The notes beneath the pieces are model-generated. The model did no database searches. It was given only the letters and a program-made list of their open reading frames with translations, and was not told the origin of the DNA. A DNA stretch of 63,986 nucleotides, counting the filler, from Barthelona sp. PAP020 (Eukaryota), in NCBI GenBank assembly GCA_040182905.1. It is 9 parts of 9 records of this genome, joined end to end, with 100 filler letters (N's around TTAATTAATTAA, not from the genome) between each part and the next. Parts side by side here need not be neighbours in the genome. Positions count along the whole stretch, not along the records: positions 14,882 to 22,145 come from JARQWU010000499.1; positions 22,246 to 29,586 come from JARQWU010000500.1; positions 29,687 to 36,922 come from JARQWU010000501.1; 6 more parts are not named here. One strand, written 5' to 3'. This document shows, piece after piece, positions 21,782 to 31,781 of the stretch (the first letter of the stretch is position 1; every line of letters starts with the position of its first letter). Made by a program: the position numbers and the translations under genes.

Positions 21782-22145
21782 TTAATGTTTGTCTTTCTTT
21801 TCCTTTTTGGATTTCTTTTCTTTCTTATCTTTGCTTGATTTTTTATCCTTCTTATCTTTCTTTTCTTTTTTGTCTTTTTTTTCCTTCTTTTCTTTCTTTT
21901 CTTTCTTTTCCTTCACAGCTTCTTTTTCTTCTTCCACTTCCTTTTCATTATCAAATTGTGTTTCCATTTCTACTTCTTCATCATCTTCTTCTAAAATAGG
22001 TTCAGCTTTCTTGGATTCCTCTTTTTCTAATCTGTGAATTTCTTCCAACACACTGCCCATAATTTCTTCAGATTTCTTTGGTGATTGACCATTTTTATAA
22101 TAGGCAACTCTTTCTTCAATGCCTTGTGCTAAAGCTTCACCATAA
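21782..22145 (-). CDS. NOP56: Nucleolar protein NOP56, C-terminal fragment
   Basis: Frame open to the contig end: YGEALAQGIEERVAYYKNGQSPKKSEEIM followed by a KKE/KKD tail. Confidence 0.8.
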
Positions 22146-22245
22146 NNNNNNNNNNNNNNNNNNNNNNNNNNNNNNNNNNNNNNNNNNNNTTAATTAATTA
22201 ANNNNNNNNNNNNNNNNNNNNNNNNNNNNNNNNNNNNNNNNNNNN
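22146..22245. other. Artificial contig-joining linker
   Basis: N44-TTAATTAATTAA-N44. Confidence 0.98.
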
Positions 22246-22302
22246 CAAAAAAAAAAAAAAAAAACCCAAATTAAAATAAATTTTACAACTTAAAATTAAT
22301 TT

Positions 22303-23144
22303 TTAACGACGAGACATAACTTCCATTAACTTTTGTACACGATTCATTAATCCTTCGATCGAACCCACAACTTCTTCATCAGAAGCTTTTCTTTCATGCT
22401 CTTCATTAACAACTAATGTCTTAAGATCTTGCAATTCTTCAGTAAGTTGTAAACGTAAACCTTCTTCAGCTTTAGCACGCACCTTAAGATCTTCTTCAAC
22501 ATTGGTTCTAAGACTTCTGACATCACTTTCTCTTTGTAATCTTTCAGTGTCAAGACGTTCTTGAATACGTTTGATTTCATCACCAACACGACGATTAACA
22601 TTGGCTTCTTGTTGAGCCAAAGCAGTACGTTCTGCATCAAGACTTTCTTGAATAATAGTCAATCTGGCATCAAAATCAGATTTCAAATCCTGTTGAACTT
22701 CTTGTCTTTCTTTAACTTCATTATTTAAATCTGTAGTTAATGTTTTAACACGTTGATTTAGAGAATCTACGTTAGCAACTATATCACCCAATCTTTCAGC
22801 AAGTGTTGTCTCAACTTTCAAAGAAATATCTTCCATTTGTTTCTCTACAAAAGATTGAAGTGCTTTGTCTCCCTCTTGACGATGTCTAATTTCAGATTCA
22901 AGGTTCTTTTCAACCCTTCCTAAACTTTCCACCAAAGCAGAATATTTTCTGTCATCTTCGGAACGGCGATGCTGCATTTGAACCTCCACTTCACTTTGAA
23001 ATGATCCAAAACGTTCGGTAACATTTTGCAATTTTTGCAGAGGAGAATAAGGTTTTGAAGGACTTTTCATAGCTTGAGTCACTAAATGTTAGTTTCACAA
23101 AAAATTCTTTCTTTAATCGTACATTTAGATCCAGGTGTGTTCAT
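22303..23144 (-). CDS. SF-assemblin / beta-giardin family striated-fibre protein (2 exons: 23144-23123, 23081-22303)
   Basis: Pro/Ser-rich head then segmented coiled coil with LESEIRHRQEGDKALQ, LDTERLQRE, EEHERKASDEEVV motifs. Confidence 0.85.
23082..23122 (-). other. 41-nt spliceosomal intron in SF-assemblin
   Basis: GTACGA...ACTAACATTTAG; removal gives in-frame MNTPGSKLTQAMKSP. Confidence 0.8.
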
Positions 23145-23408
23145 CTTTCAAATAAAAAAATATTTCAAAAAAAAAAAATTTTTTTAAGGCAAAGTTATAT
23201 CCGCAGCATGTATCAGGGAAGCAATAAAAATTAGATTAGGTTGCTTTTTTTCAAAACAGAATAACACAAAAATTAAAAATTTGGAAGGACCAATGTTTGT
23301 TTTTATAAACACAATAAATCTATTTCCAATGATGACTAACAGATTAAAAATCAGGTTAAAATTCCAAAATGAAAAAGTTCTTTCTTTTTTTTTTTTGTTT
23401 TTTAATTG

Positions 23409-24068
23409 ATGCCCGCATCGAGAAGACAACGTAAGACGCAACTTAATGCCATTGGGAAAAAAACCAAAGATCAGAAAAATGATTTGATTGAAAATATTCG
23501 TACTTTAGCTGAATCCTACGAAAATATCTATGTTTTAAATGTTCATAATATGAGAAATGTAATTATGAAAGAAATTAGATTGGAATTACGCAATTCAAGC
23601 AGATTTTTATTTGGAAAGAATAAATTGTTTCATGTCGCTTTAGGTAAGTCTGTTGAGGAAGAGTTTGATGATAATTTACACTTATTAACTGCTGAAATCA
23701 AAGGTGATTGTGGAGTTATGTTTACAAATCTTGAACATGAAAAAGTTGTTGAATATTTCAACAATAAGATAGTCCCTGAATATGCCCGAACTGGTTTTGT
23801 TGCTGTACAACGTATTGTGATTCCTGAAGGACCTTTAGAAGGATTTTCACACAATATGGTTGAACAATTCCGTCGTTTGGGAATGACTGTTCGTATTGAA
23901 AAGGGAGTCATATATAATGAGCGTGAAATTGTTCTTTCTGAGCCTGGTGAACCTTTAACTGCTCAACAATCTGATCTTTTGAAAAAATTCAATGTTCAAT
24001 CAGCTTTGTTTGAAATTCAATTACTGTGCAAATGGTCAAAAGGTAACTTCACGAAGCTTGAAAATTAG
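23409..24068 (+). CDS. MRT4: Ribosome assembly factor Mrt4 (uL10-like)
   Basis: MPASRRQRK.., NMRNVIMKEIR, SRFLFGKNKL..ALG, YARTGFVA, LTAQQSDLLK. Confidence 0.92.
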   Translation: MPASRRQRKTQLNAIGKKTKDQKNDLIENIRTLAESYENIYVLNVHNMRNVIMKEIRLELRNSSRFLFGKNKLFHVALGKSVEEEFDDNLHLLTAEIKGDCGVMFTNLEHEKVVEYFNNKIVPEYARTGFVAVQRIVIPEGPLEGFSHNMVEQFRRLGMTVRIEKGVIYNEREIVLSEPGEPLTAQQSDLLKKFNVQSALFEIQLLCKWSKGNFTKLEN

Positions 24069-24261
24069 TCACGGGATTTCAATTGTGAAATTAAATAAAT
24101 TATTAAATTTTTTTGTTTTTAAATTTTTTTCAACAATTATAATTGCACCAAACAATCAGCTTTGACAATGATAAACAGTGCTTTTTGGAGAGATTTGTTT
24201 TCTTGAGTGATTAAGGAAGAATACATACAATTCTTTTTTTTTTTGGTGTTTTTGTCATTTA

Positions 24262-25644
24262 ATGGATTTTGAACAAGTTTTTAATTGTGAAAAAGATTTT
24301 ATTGAAGAAAAATTGAAGGAACTTTCTGAAAATCAGTCTTCTGATGAATTAAAAAGATTTGTCAAAGGATTAATAAATAAAGCAATAGAAATTCATCGAT
24401 TTGATATATTTATTGTTTGTTTATTAACGTTTCCAATTGTATTTGATGAAATTATTGTTGATAAACCTGTAAAAGTGTTGGAAGGACACAGTTTGAGTAT
24501 TTATTCGATAGATTCAAATAATCATTTGCTTGTGAGTTGTTCAAGAGATCATAAAACTCAAATATATAACATTCAAAATGATTTTGAATTGCTTGAACAA
24601 ATTGAATTCCCAAAAGAATTGTATGATGTTAATTTTTCACAAGACAAAACTTTATTGAGTATTGTTTGTATTGATGGTAGGATTAGGATTTACGATGTGA
24701 TTGAAAATTATGATTTGAAATTGAAAACTGAAATTTGTTTAACTTTTTCATTTTATAACAAGGTGAAAATCACCCCAGATAATAAATACTTGATTGGAGG
24801 GGATAATAGAGGATATATTCACTTTCATGACATTGAAACTGGGGAAAAGCTCAAGGAACTTAGAATTTTTTCGGATGTCATATTTTTTTTAGATGTGAAT
24901 CCACATGGTGAAATTTTAGTTGTTTCTAGGCATCTTGGGAAATTGTTAACAAGTGAAGGAGAAGTTATTTTTGAATGTTCTAAATTACCTTTCAATTCTT
25001 CTCTTGCATTTTCTTCCAATGGAAAAAATTTATTATTAATAGAGGAGGATTCTGTGAATATTTTTGACATTTTATCAAAGACAAACATTTTAACAATTCC
25101 TATTCAAAATCCCATTCATGTACGATATTATAATGAAGATAATAACATTTTAATTATCAATCGAAATAATTCATCAGAAAACTATCGTGCAATCGGTTAT
25201 GACTTGTTTGGTAATTATTTATTTAAAATTGAATTGTGTCCTACACAAATATTGAACTGTAATGTATTCAAATCTGGAGCAGGAGATGAATATTTGGCAA
25301 TAGGTGGGGATTCTACCTTACCTCATGTCTATGTTTACAAATTTTTGAAAAAGACACATCTATTGGAGACCTCTGAAACTATATGGAATGATTTCGCCCA
25401 GGAAATTGTTGCTTATTCCTCAAAATATCCTGAACTGTTGGGAAAATTTTTCTTTCAAAATGTTATTTCCATGCAGGAAGTCAGAAAATTGTTGACAATG
25501 GGAATTTGTTTGGACAAAGAATGTTTCGATTCAATTATTGAATCTTGTTGGGATCTTTTCGATCAAAATGAACAAAATGGTGGAAATTTTTCAAGTTTTG
25601 TTGATGATGATGATGAAGAAGATGATGAAGATGATGAAGATTGA
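24262..25644 (+). CDS. WD40-repeat protein with conserved C-terminal CWDL..NGGN domain (paralog of 35039-36241)
   Basis: LEGHSLSIYSI..LVSCSRDHKTQIYN and further blades; C-terminal VRKLLTMG..IIESCWDLFDQNEQNGGN plus acidic tail. Confidence 0.85.
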   Translation: MDFEQVFNCEKDFIEEKLKELSENQSSDELKRFVKGLINKAIEIHRFDIFIVCLLTFPIVFDEIIVDKPVKVLEGHSLSIYSIDSNNHLLVSCSRDHKTQIYNIQNDFELLEQIEFPKELYDVNFSQDKTLLSIVCIDGRIRIYDVIENYDLKLKTEICLTFSFYNKVKITPDNKYLIGGDNRGYIHFHDIETGEKLKELRIFSDVIFFLDVNPHGEILVVSRHLGKLLTSEGEVIFECSKLPFNSSLAFSSNGKNLLLIEEDSVNIFDILSKTNILTIPIQNPIHVRYYNEDNNILIINRNNSSENYRAIGYDLFGNYLFKIELCPTQILNCNVFKSGAGDEYLAIGGDSTLPHVYVYKFLKKTHLLETSETIWNDFAQEIVAYSSKYPELLGKFFFQNVISMQEVRKLLTMGICLDKECFDSIIESCWDLFDQNEQNGGNFSSFVDDDDEEDDEDDED

Positions 25645-25883
25645 TAATAGAATGATATGCCTTTTGAAAGATCAACCGTTGTGTAAATTGTCTTTTTATA
25701 TTTTGTTTTTTATTTTTCTTCTTGTACGAACCTTTTCCAGAACTTTCCCAAATTAGAGACTGAGAAAACTCAGTTGAGTAATAAATAATAAACCTTAATC
25801 TTTATTCTTTTCGGGGGGTCCAGCGTTCTTGAAAGGAACTTCTCTTTTTTGAGACCTACTCTTTCATAGGCTTTCGTAGGAGA

Positions 25884-26112
25884 GCTACGCCCTATGCGGG
25901 ATGTGAAATACTGCATTACTGATTGCTCAAAAGAGCTTAGAGCTCCGATATTTTTAAAACTTTATCCTAATTGTGCAAGTTTTCATGCATTCACCGTGGC
26001 AGGTCAAAAATGTGGGGGCAGGTTAAGGAAAAGTTCCGTACCTCGAGGGAAAAAGGAAGAATCGGAAAATTTCGATTCGCCAAAAATAATAAGCTTGTGA
26101 ACAACCCTCATT
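25884..26112 (+). repeat. Dispersed repeat module C (long copy)
   Basis: gctacgccct..gtgaaat..tttatcctaattgtgc..gcaggtcaaaaat..gcttg.gaacaaccctcatttt shared with 30388-30542. Confidence 0.85.
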
Positions 26113-26926
26113 TTTTTTTCTCTGGCCAAGTAACCCAACAGAATATGAAAACAACAGAGAACAATATTTGCAACCATAAAATTTTCAAAACTGAATGTAT
26201 ACCAAAGAACCTTTAAAAGCTAAAAGATTCGGATATTTGAATGAGTCTATTGAAAAAAATAAAAAAACTCAAAGAGGTTCCAAAATTTTGATTTTTTACA
26301 CTAAAAATGGAATATTTTCAAGAAAAAAAGAATACTTCTTGTTTATTTAAGGGCTTTTAAGGTCTTAAGATATTGAAAGTTAATGTTTCCAGGGTGAAAA
26401 ATAAAAAACTTAAAATTTTTTTCTTCAACAAAGAAAAACTTAATCGAATTGGACAATTCTTCTCAGAGGTTCATAGCTGATCACCAAGATTGAATTCAGC
26501 TAATCAATTCCAGCAAGCATTTCATCAAAAAATATGGAAAAAGAGAGTTCCTCAATTTATTCTATCTCCAAAACCCCAAATAACTTTGAACCTTTCATAA
26601 ATTCATCAATAACAAATATTGCATTCATCAAATCAGAGGAGTTTCGAAAATATTCAAATTTTCCTTCTCTAAGATGAGTTTTTCTTTTGTTGCACAGTTT
26701 CAGTAACATGTTCAAGATGTGGTATGATTTAGATGATTTTCCAAATTTTATGTTGAAGAAATAAATAAATTAAAAAATAGATAAATTAAAGGAAGCAAAT
26801 ACTTTTTATGAATGAAAATTCTTTCTGAATTAAAATCGTTTATTTTTTCTTTTTTCTCCGGGCCAAGATGCACTGTATGAATAAATTTGCTAGAATGAGT
26901 TTTCTGAGTTTACTTTCTTTGTAAAC

Positions 26927-27241
26927 AATTGGTTAAGTTGTGAAACAACTATATTTATTTACAAAGAAAAAGTAATCAGAGAAAACTCATTTCATTAAAT
27001 CTCAGCCACAGAAAATGAGTGGCTGCAATTGAATCTTGCTCATCAAGTATGAAAATTTTGGAAAAATTTTCCATTCCTATTTTTTTGTATTTTGGCAAAA
27101 GCAAAATTTTAAAGTTTAAACTTTACCTTAGAAAATCTAAAGTTTTTCAACAGATCAATCGGGCCTCGAAAGCCTTTAACCAAATAAACACTATTCTTTT
27201 TTATTCACTCATACGCACAGTGCTTCTTGGCTTGGAAATAA
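26927..27241 (+). repeat. Dispersed repeat module B, full-length copy (about 315 bp)
   Basis: Highly similar to 30558-30868 from aattgg..agttgtgaaacaact to cttggcttggaaataa. Confidence 0.92.
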
Positions 27242-27254
27242 AACGATCAAGTGG

Positions 27255-27441
27255 GAAAATTTCGGAGAAATTCTTCATTCCAATTTTTTTTGAATTTTTG
27301 TAAAAGCAAACTTTTAAAATTTGAACTTCACCTTGCAAAATCTAAAGTTTTTCAACAGATCAATCAGGCAAAACATTAACCAAATAAGTCCTACTCTTTT
27401 TTATTCACTCATAGTTACAGTGATTCTTAGCTTGGAAATAA
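27255..27441 (+). repeat. Module B, tandem copy of the 3' half
   Basis: aaaagcaaa..aaaatctaaagtttttcaacagatcaatc..ttattcactcata..cttagcttggaaataa repeats 27095-27241. Confidence 0.85.
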
Positions 27442-27536
27442 TTTGGTGAAAGTCTTTCCAGGATTTTTTGACTTTTCAATACTTTGGTTTATTCAAATCA
27501 AAGTAGTCAAATTTTGAATCAACTAAATTCATTTGC

Positions 27537-27730
27537 AGTGTGTTCGTAGCAAAGCGGACGGATTTCACGTGTAAGACAATATAAATGTGTGCAAAGTTTT
27601 TTCTTGCAATTTCTGATATCAAAATTGAAAGTGAAATGATGATAAAGAGTCAAATATTTTATGATAATAAGGATACAAGTGTACACATAAGGTAAGCAAG
27701 GAATTACAAGGTTTCATCAAGGAAACTTTG
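27537..27730 (+). repeat. Dispersed repeat module D
   Basis: agtg..ttc..agcaaagc..gatttcac..ttgaaagtgaaatga..taataaggat..caaggaattacaagg..aggaaac shared with 36562-36760. Confidence 0.85.
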
Positions 27731-27880
27731 ACGAAATGACAATGCAAATATTTTCTATATTACATAGGATAAAAATCTTGCCTAAATGTTTCCAAAACTC
27801 TCAAAAGTATGGAAAAAAAATTAACTCTTGGAAAAAGCAAAAAAAGAACGTTTATTTATCAAAAAATAAATATATAAAAA

Positions 27881-29269
27881 TTAAAATAATATGTGAAGAT
27901 ATAAAGATAACCATACAGTAACACATGGAACAAAACAAATAAAAGCATAACCCAATATTAAAGCCATTTCTTTTTCACCTCTGCCAACTATTTGACACAT
28001 CACAATTAAATTATTTCCCGGTGGGACTGTACCTTCCAATAACAAAACAAGTTTGGCCATTGGATTGTTTGGAACAAACCCCAAATTGATGGCCAACAAC
28101 ACCAAACCACAATTCACAAATGGAAGGATAATAAAACGTCCAATCATGACTGCAATCAAACCCAATTTTGGTATATTTGATGAAGTTTCACGTGCAGCCA
28201 AGGTAGCTCCCATGATACACAAAGCCGCAGGAACAGCTGCAGCTCCTAATTTCGAAGTAGTATCAACAAAAATGGAACTCCATGCCCAACTACCCGTGGG
28301 AATGAAAAAATTGCGAACTGGAGTAATCAACCCACAAATCAATGCAATTGCAATGGCTGTCGAAGGGGGACTAACAATTTTTGCCAAAATACTAGTTTTT
28401 TGTGTTTTAGGCTTCTCAATTTCCTCTTTGACCGCTAAATTATCACTGTCATCAATTTCAGTCGTTTTTACTGATAAAGATTCGGGTTCCGGTGTAGTAA
28501 AAGGCTCAGTCACATGTAAATTTTCAATTTCTTTCTCCTTTTCATCAGTTTCAGTGTTTTCATTGGAAACAATACTATCACTATATTCAACATTTTTAAT
28601 CTCAGCATTTTTATCATTTTCACTTGTTTTAGACTCAAATTCGGATTCAATTTCAGCATCAAGATCTGATTCAACGCAAGGGCCAGATTCAATATCAGAT
28701 TCCATGTATTTTTCATTAGCACTAGAAGGATCTGTCAAATTATCAGGCTTATTATTTTCATCATCCTCTCTAGCTATGTAATTAAACCCAACAGTCCAAT
28801 AAAGAGTTGAAAAAACAATAAGATAACAAGAAACATAAGAATTTCCCAAAGTAACCCAGTTCGAATCATCATTAAAATAAGATGTTGAGCCTAAAGCTGC
28901 AACTAAACTCAAAACAACGTAACCACAATTTCCAAACATAAAGGATGAAGTAATAATTCTTTTAATATACAAAGGTATGTCTAAAAATGATGTTATAAAA
29001 TATCCTAAAGAAAATCCAATGATAATATGAAGAAAGGCAAAGATTGGAAAGATAGCCAAAGAAACGATAGTATCAATACTGACTGCCTTAATTATGTTTG
29101 AAAATAATAAAGAAGGCAAAAATATTCGAAATACAATAGCACCAAATGTTTTTAAACCGGTATCAGTCCCATTATTGACTAAAATTTTTTTTCTTCCTAA
29201 ATAATAACCAGTCGAGGCTATCATGACTAATTGAGATACTGCAGTTACTGTTCCAACAATTGTGCTCAT
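27881..29269 (-). CDS. Auxin efflux carrier family (PIN-LIKES / Mem_trans) membrane transporter
   Basis: Two TM bundles separated by an acidic loop; IFLPSLLFSNI, FGNCGY, PPSTAIAIAL, LGAAAVPAALCIMGATL, PPGNNL; likely ATG 29269. Confidence 0.85.
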   Translation of the reverse strand: MSTIVGTVTAVSQLVMIASTGYYLGRKKILVNNGTDTGLKTFGAIVFRIFLPSLLFSNIIKAVSIDTIVSLAIFPIFAFLHIIIGFSLGYFITSFLDIPLYIKRIITSSFMFGNCGYVVLSLVAALGSTSYFNDDSNWVTLGNSYVSCYLIVFSTLYWTVGFNYIAREDDENNKPDNLTDPSSANEKYMESDIESGPCVESDLDAEIESEFESKTSENDKNAEIKNVEYSDSIVSNENTETDEKEKEIENLHVTEPFTTPEPESLSVKTTEIDDSDNLAVKEEIEKPKTQKTSILAKIVSPPSTAIAIALICGLITPVRNFFIPTGSWAWSSIFVDTTSKLGAAAVPAALCIMGATLAARETSSNIPKLGLIAVMIGRFIILPFVNCGLVLLAINLGFVPNNPMAKLVLLLEGTVPPGNNLIVMCQIVGRGEKEMALILGYAFICFVPCVTVWLSLYLHILF

Positions 29270-29446
29270 GATAAAATCAAGACAATGATGAAAAATTTGG
29301 GATTTCTTCACTTTTCAATTTTATCAACTTTCACACAGATTTCTTTTTGTTCGAAAAAATAAATTCTGACATGTTTGTTTTCATTATTATTCTATAATTG
29401 ATTACGCATCTTCAAATAAACAAATAAAATACAAAAATTTACAATT

Positions 29447-29586
29447 TCACAAATTCGAATACTTGGCTTGCAATTCACCATTTAATTGCTCTAATCTATC
29501 CAATAGTTGATGAGCAACAGCATGGTAATTGGTTTGAGAATCTTGTTGAATGACTTTAGACCTCAATTGATAGGTCTTGGCCTTGA
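29447..29586 (-). CDS. C-terminal fragment of an unidentified protein (truncated by linker)
   Basis: Open frame KAKTYQLRSKVIQQDSQTNYHAVAHQLLDRLEQLNGELQAKYSNL*. Confidence 0.5.
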
Positions 29587-29686
29587 NNNNNNNNNNNNNN
29601 NNNNNNNNNNNNNNNNNNNNNNNNNNNNNNTTAATTAATTAANNNNNNNNNNNNNNNNNNNNNNNNNNNNNNNNNNNNNNNNNNNN
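29587..29686. other. Artificial contig-joining linker
   Basis: N44-TTAATTAATTAA-N44. Confidence 0.98.
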
Positions 29687-30036
29687 TTTCTTGAGATTTC
29701 CTTTTTCGAATTGATGCAGCGAATTGAACTTACGATATTAATTTAAACATTGTGAAAATGTCGCACAATTATGAAAGTTTGTCATGATGATGTTTGTTCG
29801 AATTTTTCAAACAAAAGACATTGTTCCCATTCATTTTTACAGATTTGTTGATAGAGTGATGGTGTTGACATATTTTTAATCACGAAATACACAAATTGAA
29901 CTTGCAACTGTGCGATATGTATTCACCAATTTTCTCTTTGTCTTAAATCGAAGAAACATTTTTCACTTCTTCAATGAGCCTCTTATGTTGGTAATGTGAC
30001 AACCTTCAATTTATTTAAATAAAGACAACATCATTT
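29687..30036 (-). repeat. Dispersed repeat module E, second copy (truncated by contig end)
   Basis: Reverse complement aligns to 14305-14651. Confidence 0.9.
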
Positions 30037-30269
30037 GTAATTGTTTTTTGTTCTTGTTGGGTTGGACTCCAATAATCGGTATCGTAACATTCGGAAAAGA
30101 TAAAAGTGGCATGAAACTTTGACGTGGTGGTGATGCAAACTAATGCAAAGAAAGCAAACCAAAAAGTCATTTCTGTGAATTTCCGTCAAAACTTATGGTG
30201 TGAGATCCAAACTGAAATTCTGTTGTATGGTCTAGGTTGCGTCATTGAAAAAGAGCTTCTTGTCCTTGT

Positions 30270-30385
30270 TTCCTTTTTGGATTTGGCAAAAGCAAAATTA
30301 TCCAGTTTTAATTCTAACTTTTGGAAAATTGAATGTTCGATCAGGCTTCGAAAGCTTTTGACTAAATAAACACTATTCTTTTTTA
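30270..30385 (+). repeat. Module B, partial diverged copy
   Basis: ttggcaaaagcaaaatt..cttcgaaagc..aaataaacactattcttttt. Confidence 0.7.
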
Positions 30386-30387
30386 TA

Positions 30388-30542
30388 GCTACGCCCTGTG
30401 TGGGGTGTGAAATGTTGTATTAATAATTGGTCAAAAAAGCTCAAAGGCTCCAATCTTCTTCAAATTTATCCTAATTGTGCCAGTTTTCGTGCGTTCACTG
30501 TAGCAGGTCAAAAATTACAGGCTTGAGAACAACCCTCATTTT
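30388..30542 (+). repeat. Dispersed repeat module C (internally deleted copy)
   Basis: Aligns to 25884-26112 but lacks the central block of roughly 75 nt. Confidence 0.85.
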
Positions 30543-30557
30543 AAATAAATAAAAGAA

Positions 30558-30868
30558 AATTGGTCCAGTTGTGAAACAACTGTATCTATTTACAAAGAAA
30601 GTAAACTCAGAAAACTCTTTCTAGCAGATTTCAGCCACAGAAAATGAGTGGCTGCAATTGAATCTTGTTCATCAAGTATGAAAATTTTGGAAAAATTTTC
30701 CATTCCTATTTTTGTATTTTTGCAAAAGCAAAATTTTAAAGTTTGAATTTTGTCTTAGAAAATCTAAAGTTTTTCAACAGATCAATTGGGCCTCGAAAGT
30801 CTTTTACCAAATAAACACTATTCTTTTTAATTCACTCATACTCACAGTGCTTCTTGGCTTGGAAATAA
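30558..30868 (+). repeat. Dispersed repeat module B, full-length copy
   Basis: Highly similar to 26927-27241. Confidence 0.92.
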
Positions 30869-31781
30869 TCTGAGTTAAAAAATCCAAAGAGGATAAACAG
30901 CTGAAAAATACAATTTTGATGACTAAGTGTGAACAAACACTTCAACAAAATGAAACTTCTTCTTTTCATTCACTCATTCTCATATCACTTCTTAGATGGA
31001 ATATATTTTGATGAAAGCCTTTCATTCTTATCCAGTAGGTTTTTTAAAAAAGCTTGATTCGATAATTTTGTCCCTTTACAAAAGAAATATGAATTTTTAA
31101 TATTTTTTTCACTAAATATTAATGAAATTATTGATTAATAATTTAAATAAATGTCTTTTAATCTAAAAATATAAAAATCGATTGAAGAATTGGGAGTATA
31201 TATTTTGCAAATTTTCCCTTATTTTAGCAAAGATAATTTGTAGAAATTACAAATATTATTTTTGAACAGATTATTCATAAGTTAACATTTCACTGTAATA
31301 AGTGTTTACAAACTTTAAAAAAATACTAACCCAATCATTCAAATAATTTTTATGAACAACAATTTTAGACTTATTCCTTTGAAAATAAGCCCAAACATTT
31401 ATTCGAGACAACCAAAAATTGCACGAATTTTTTATTCAGCACAAAAAACTGAAAATGATTCAATTATAAATAGATTTCAAAAACTGAAAGAATGGAAACC
31501 TCCAATAAAACCATCTACTTTAGGAACAGTGCAAAATATTAAAGATACACAAATGTTACAAAATCTTCACAATAATGAAAATGTTTCAATTTTCAAAAAG
31601 AATGAGTAAATTTTTTTTTTAAATATTTTTTTCTTTTTCAAGAATTCTCGTTTAATATTTTGGCTTGAAAGGAATTTTCTTCCGAATTAAAAACAAATAA
31701 CCAAATGAAATAATAAATTTCTCAATGAAAAAAGAATAATATTTCTTTTTTTATTTTAAGGATGCAAATAATGGATATTAG

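Noticed and set aside
21785..21915. Purine/pyrimidine-skewed simple repeat
   Set aside because: Encodes the ordinary KKE/KKD tail of NOP56
28053..28781. 242-aa plus-strand ORF, and similar antisense ORFs such as 6299-6670, 15596-15865, 21789-22037 and 53602-53940
   Set aside because: Antisense shadows of well-supported genes on the opposite strand
31352..31609. 85-aa ORF as an upstream exon of SIN1
   Set aside because: Candidate splice joins hit stops and lack the branch motif; left uncalled
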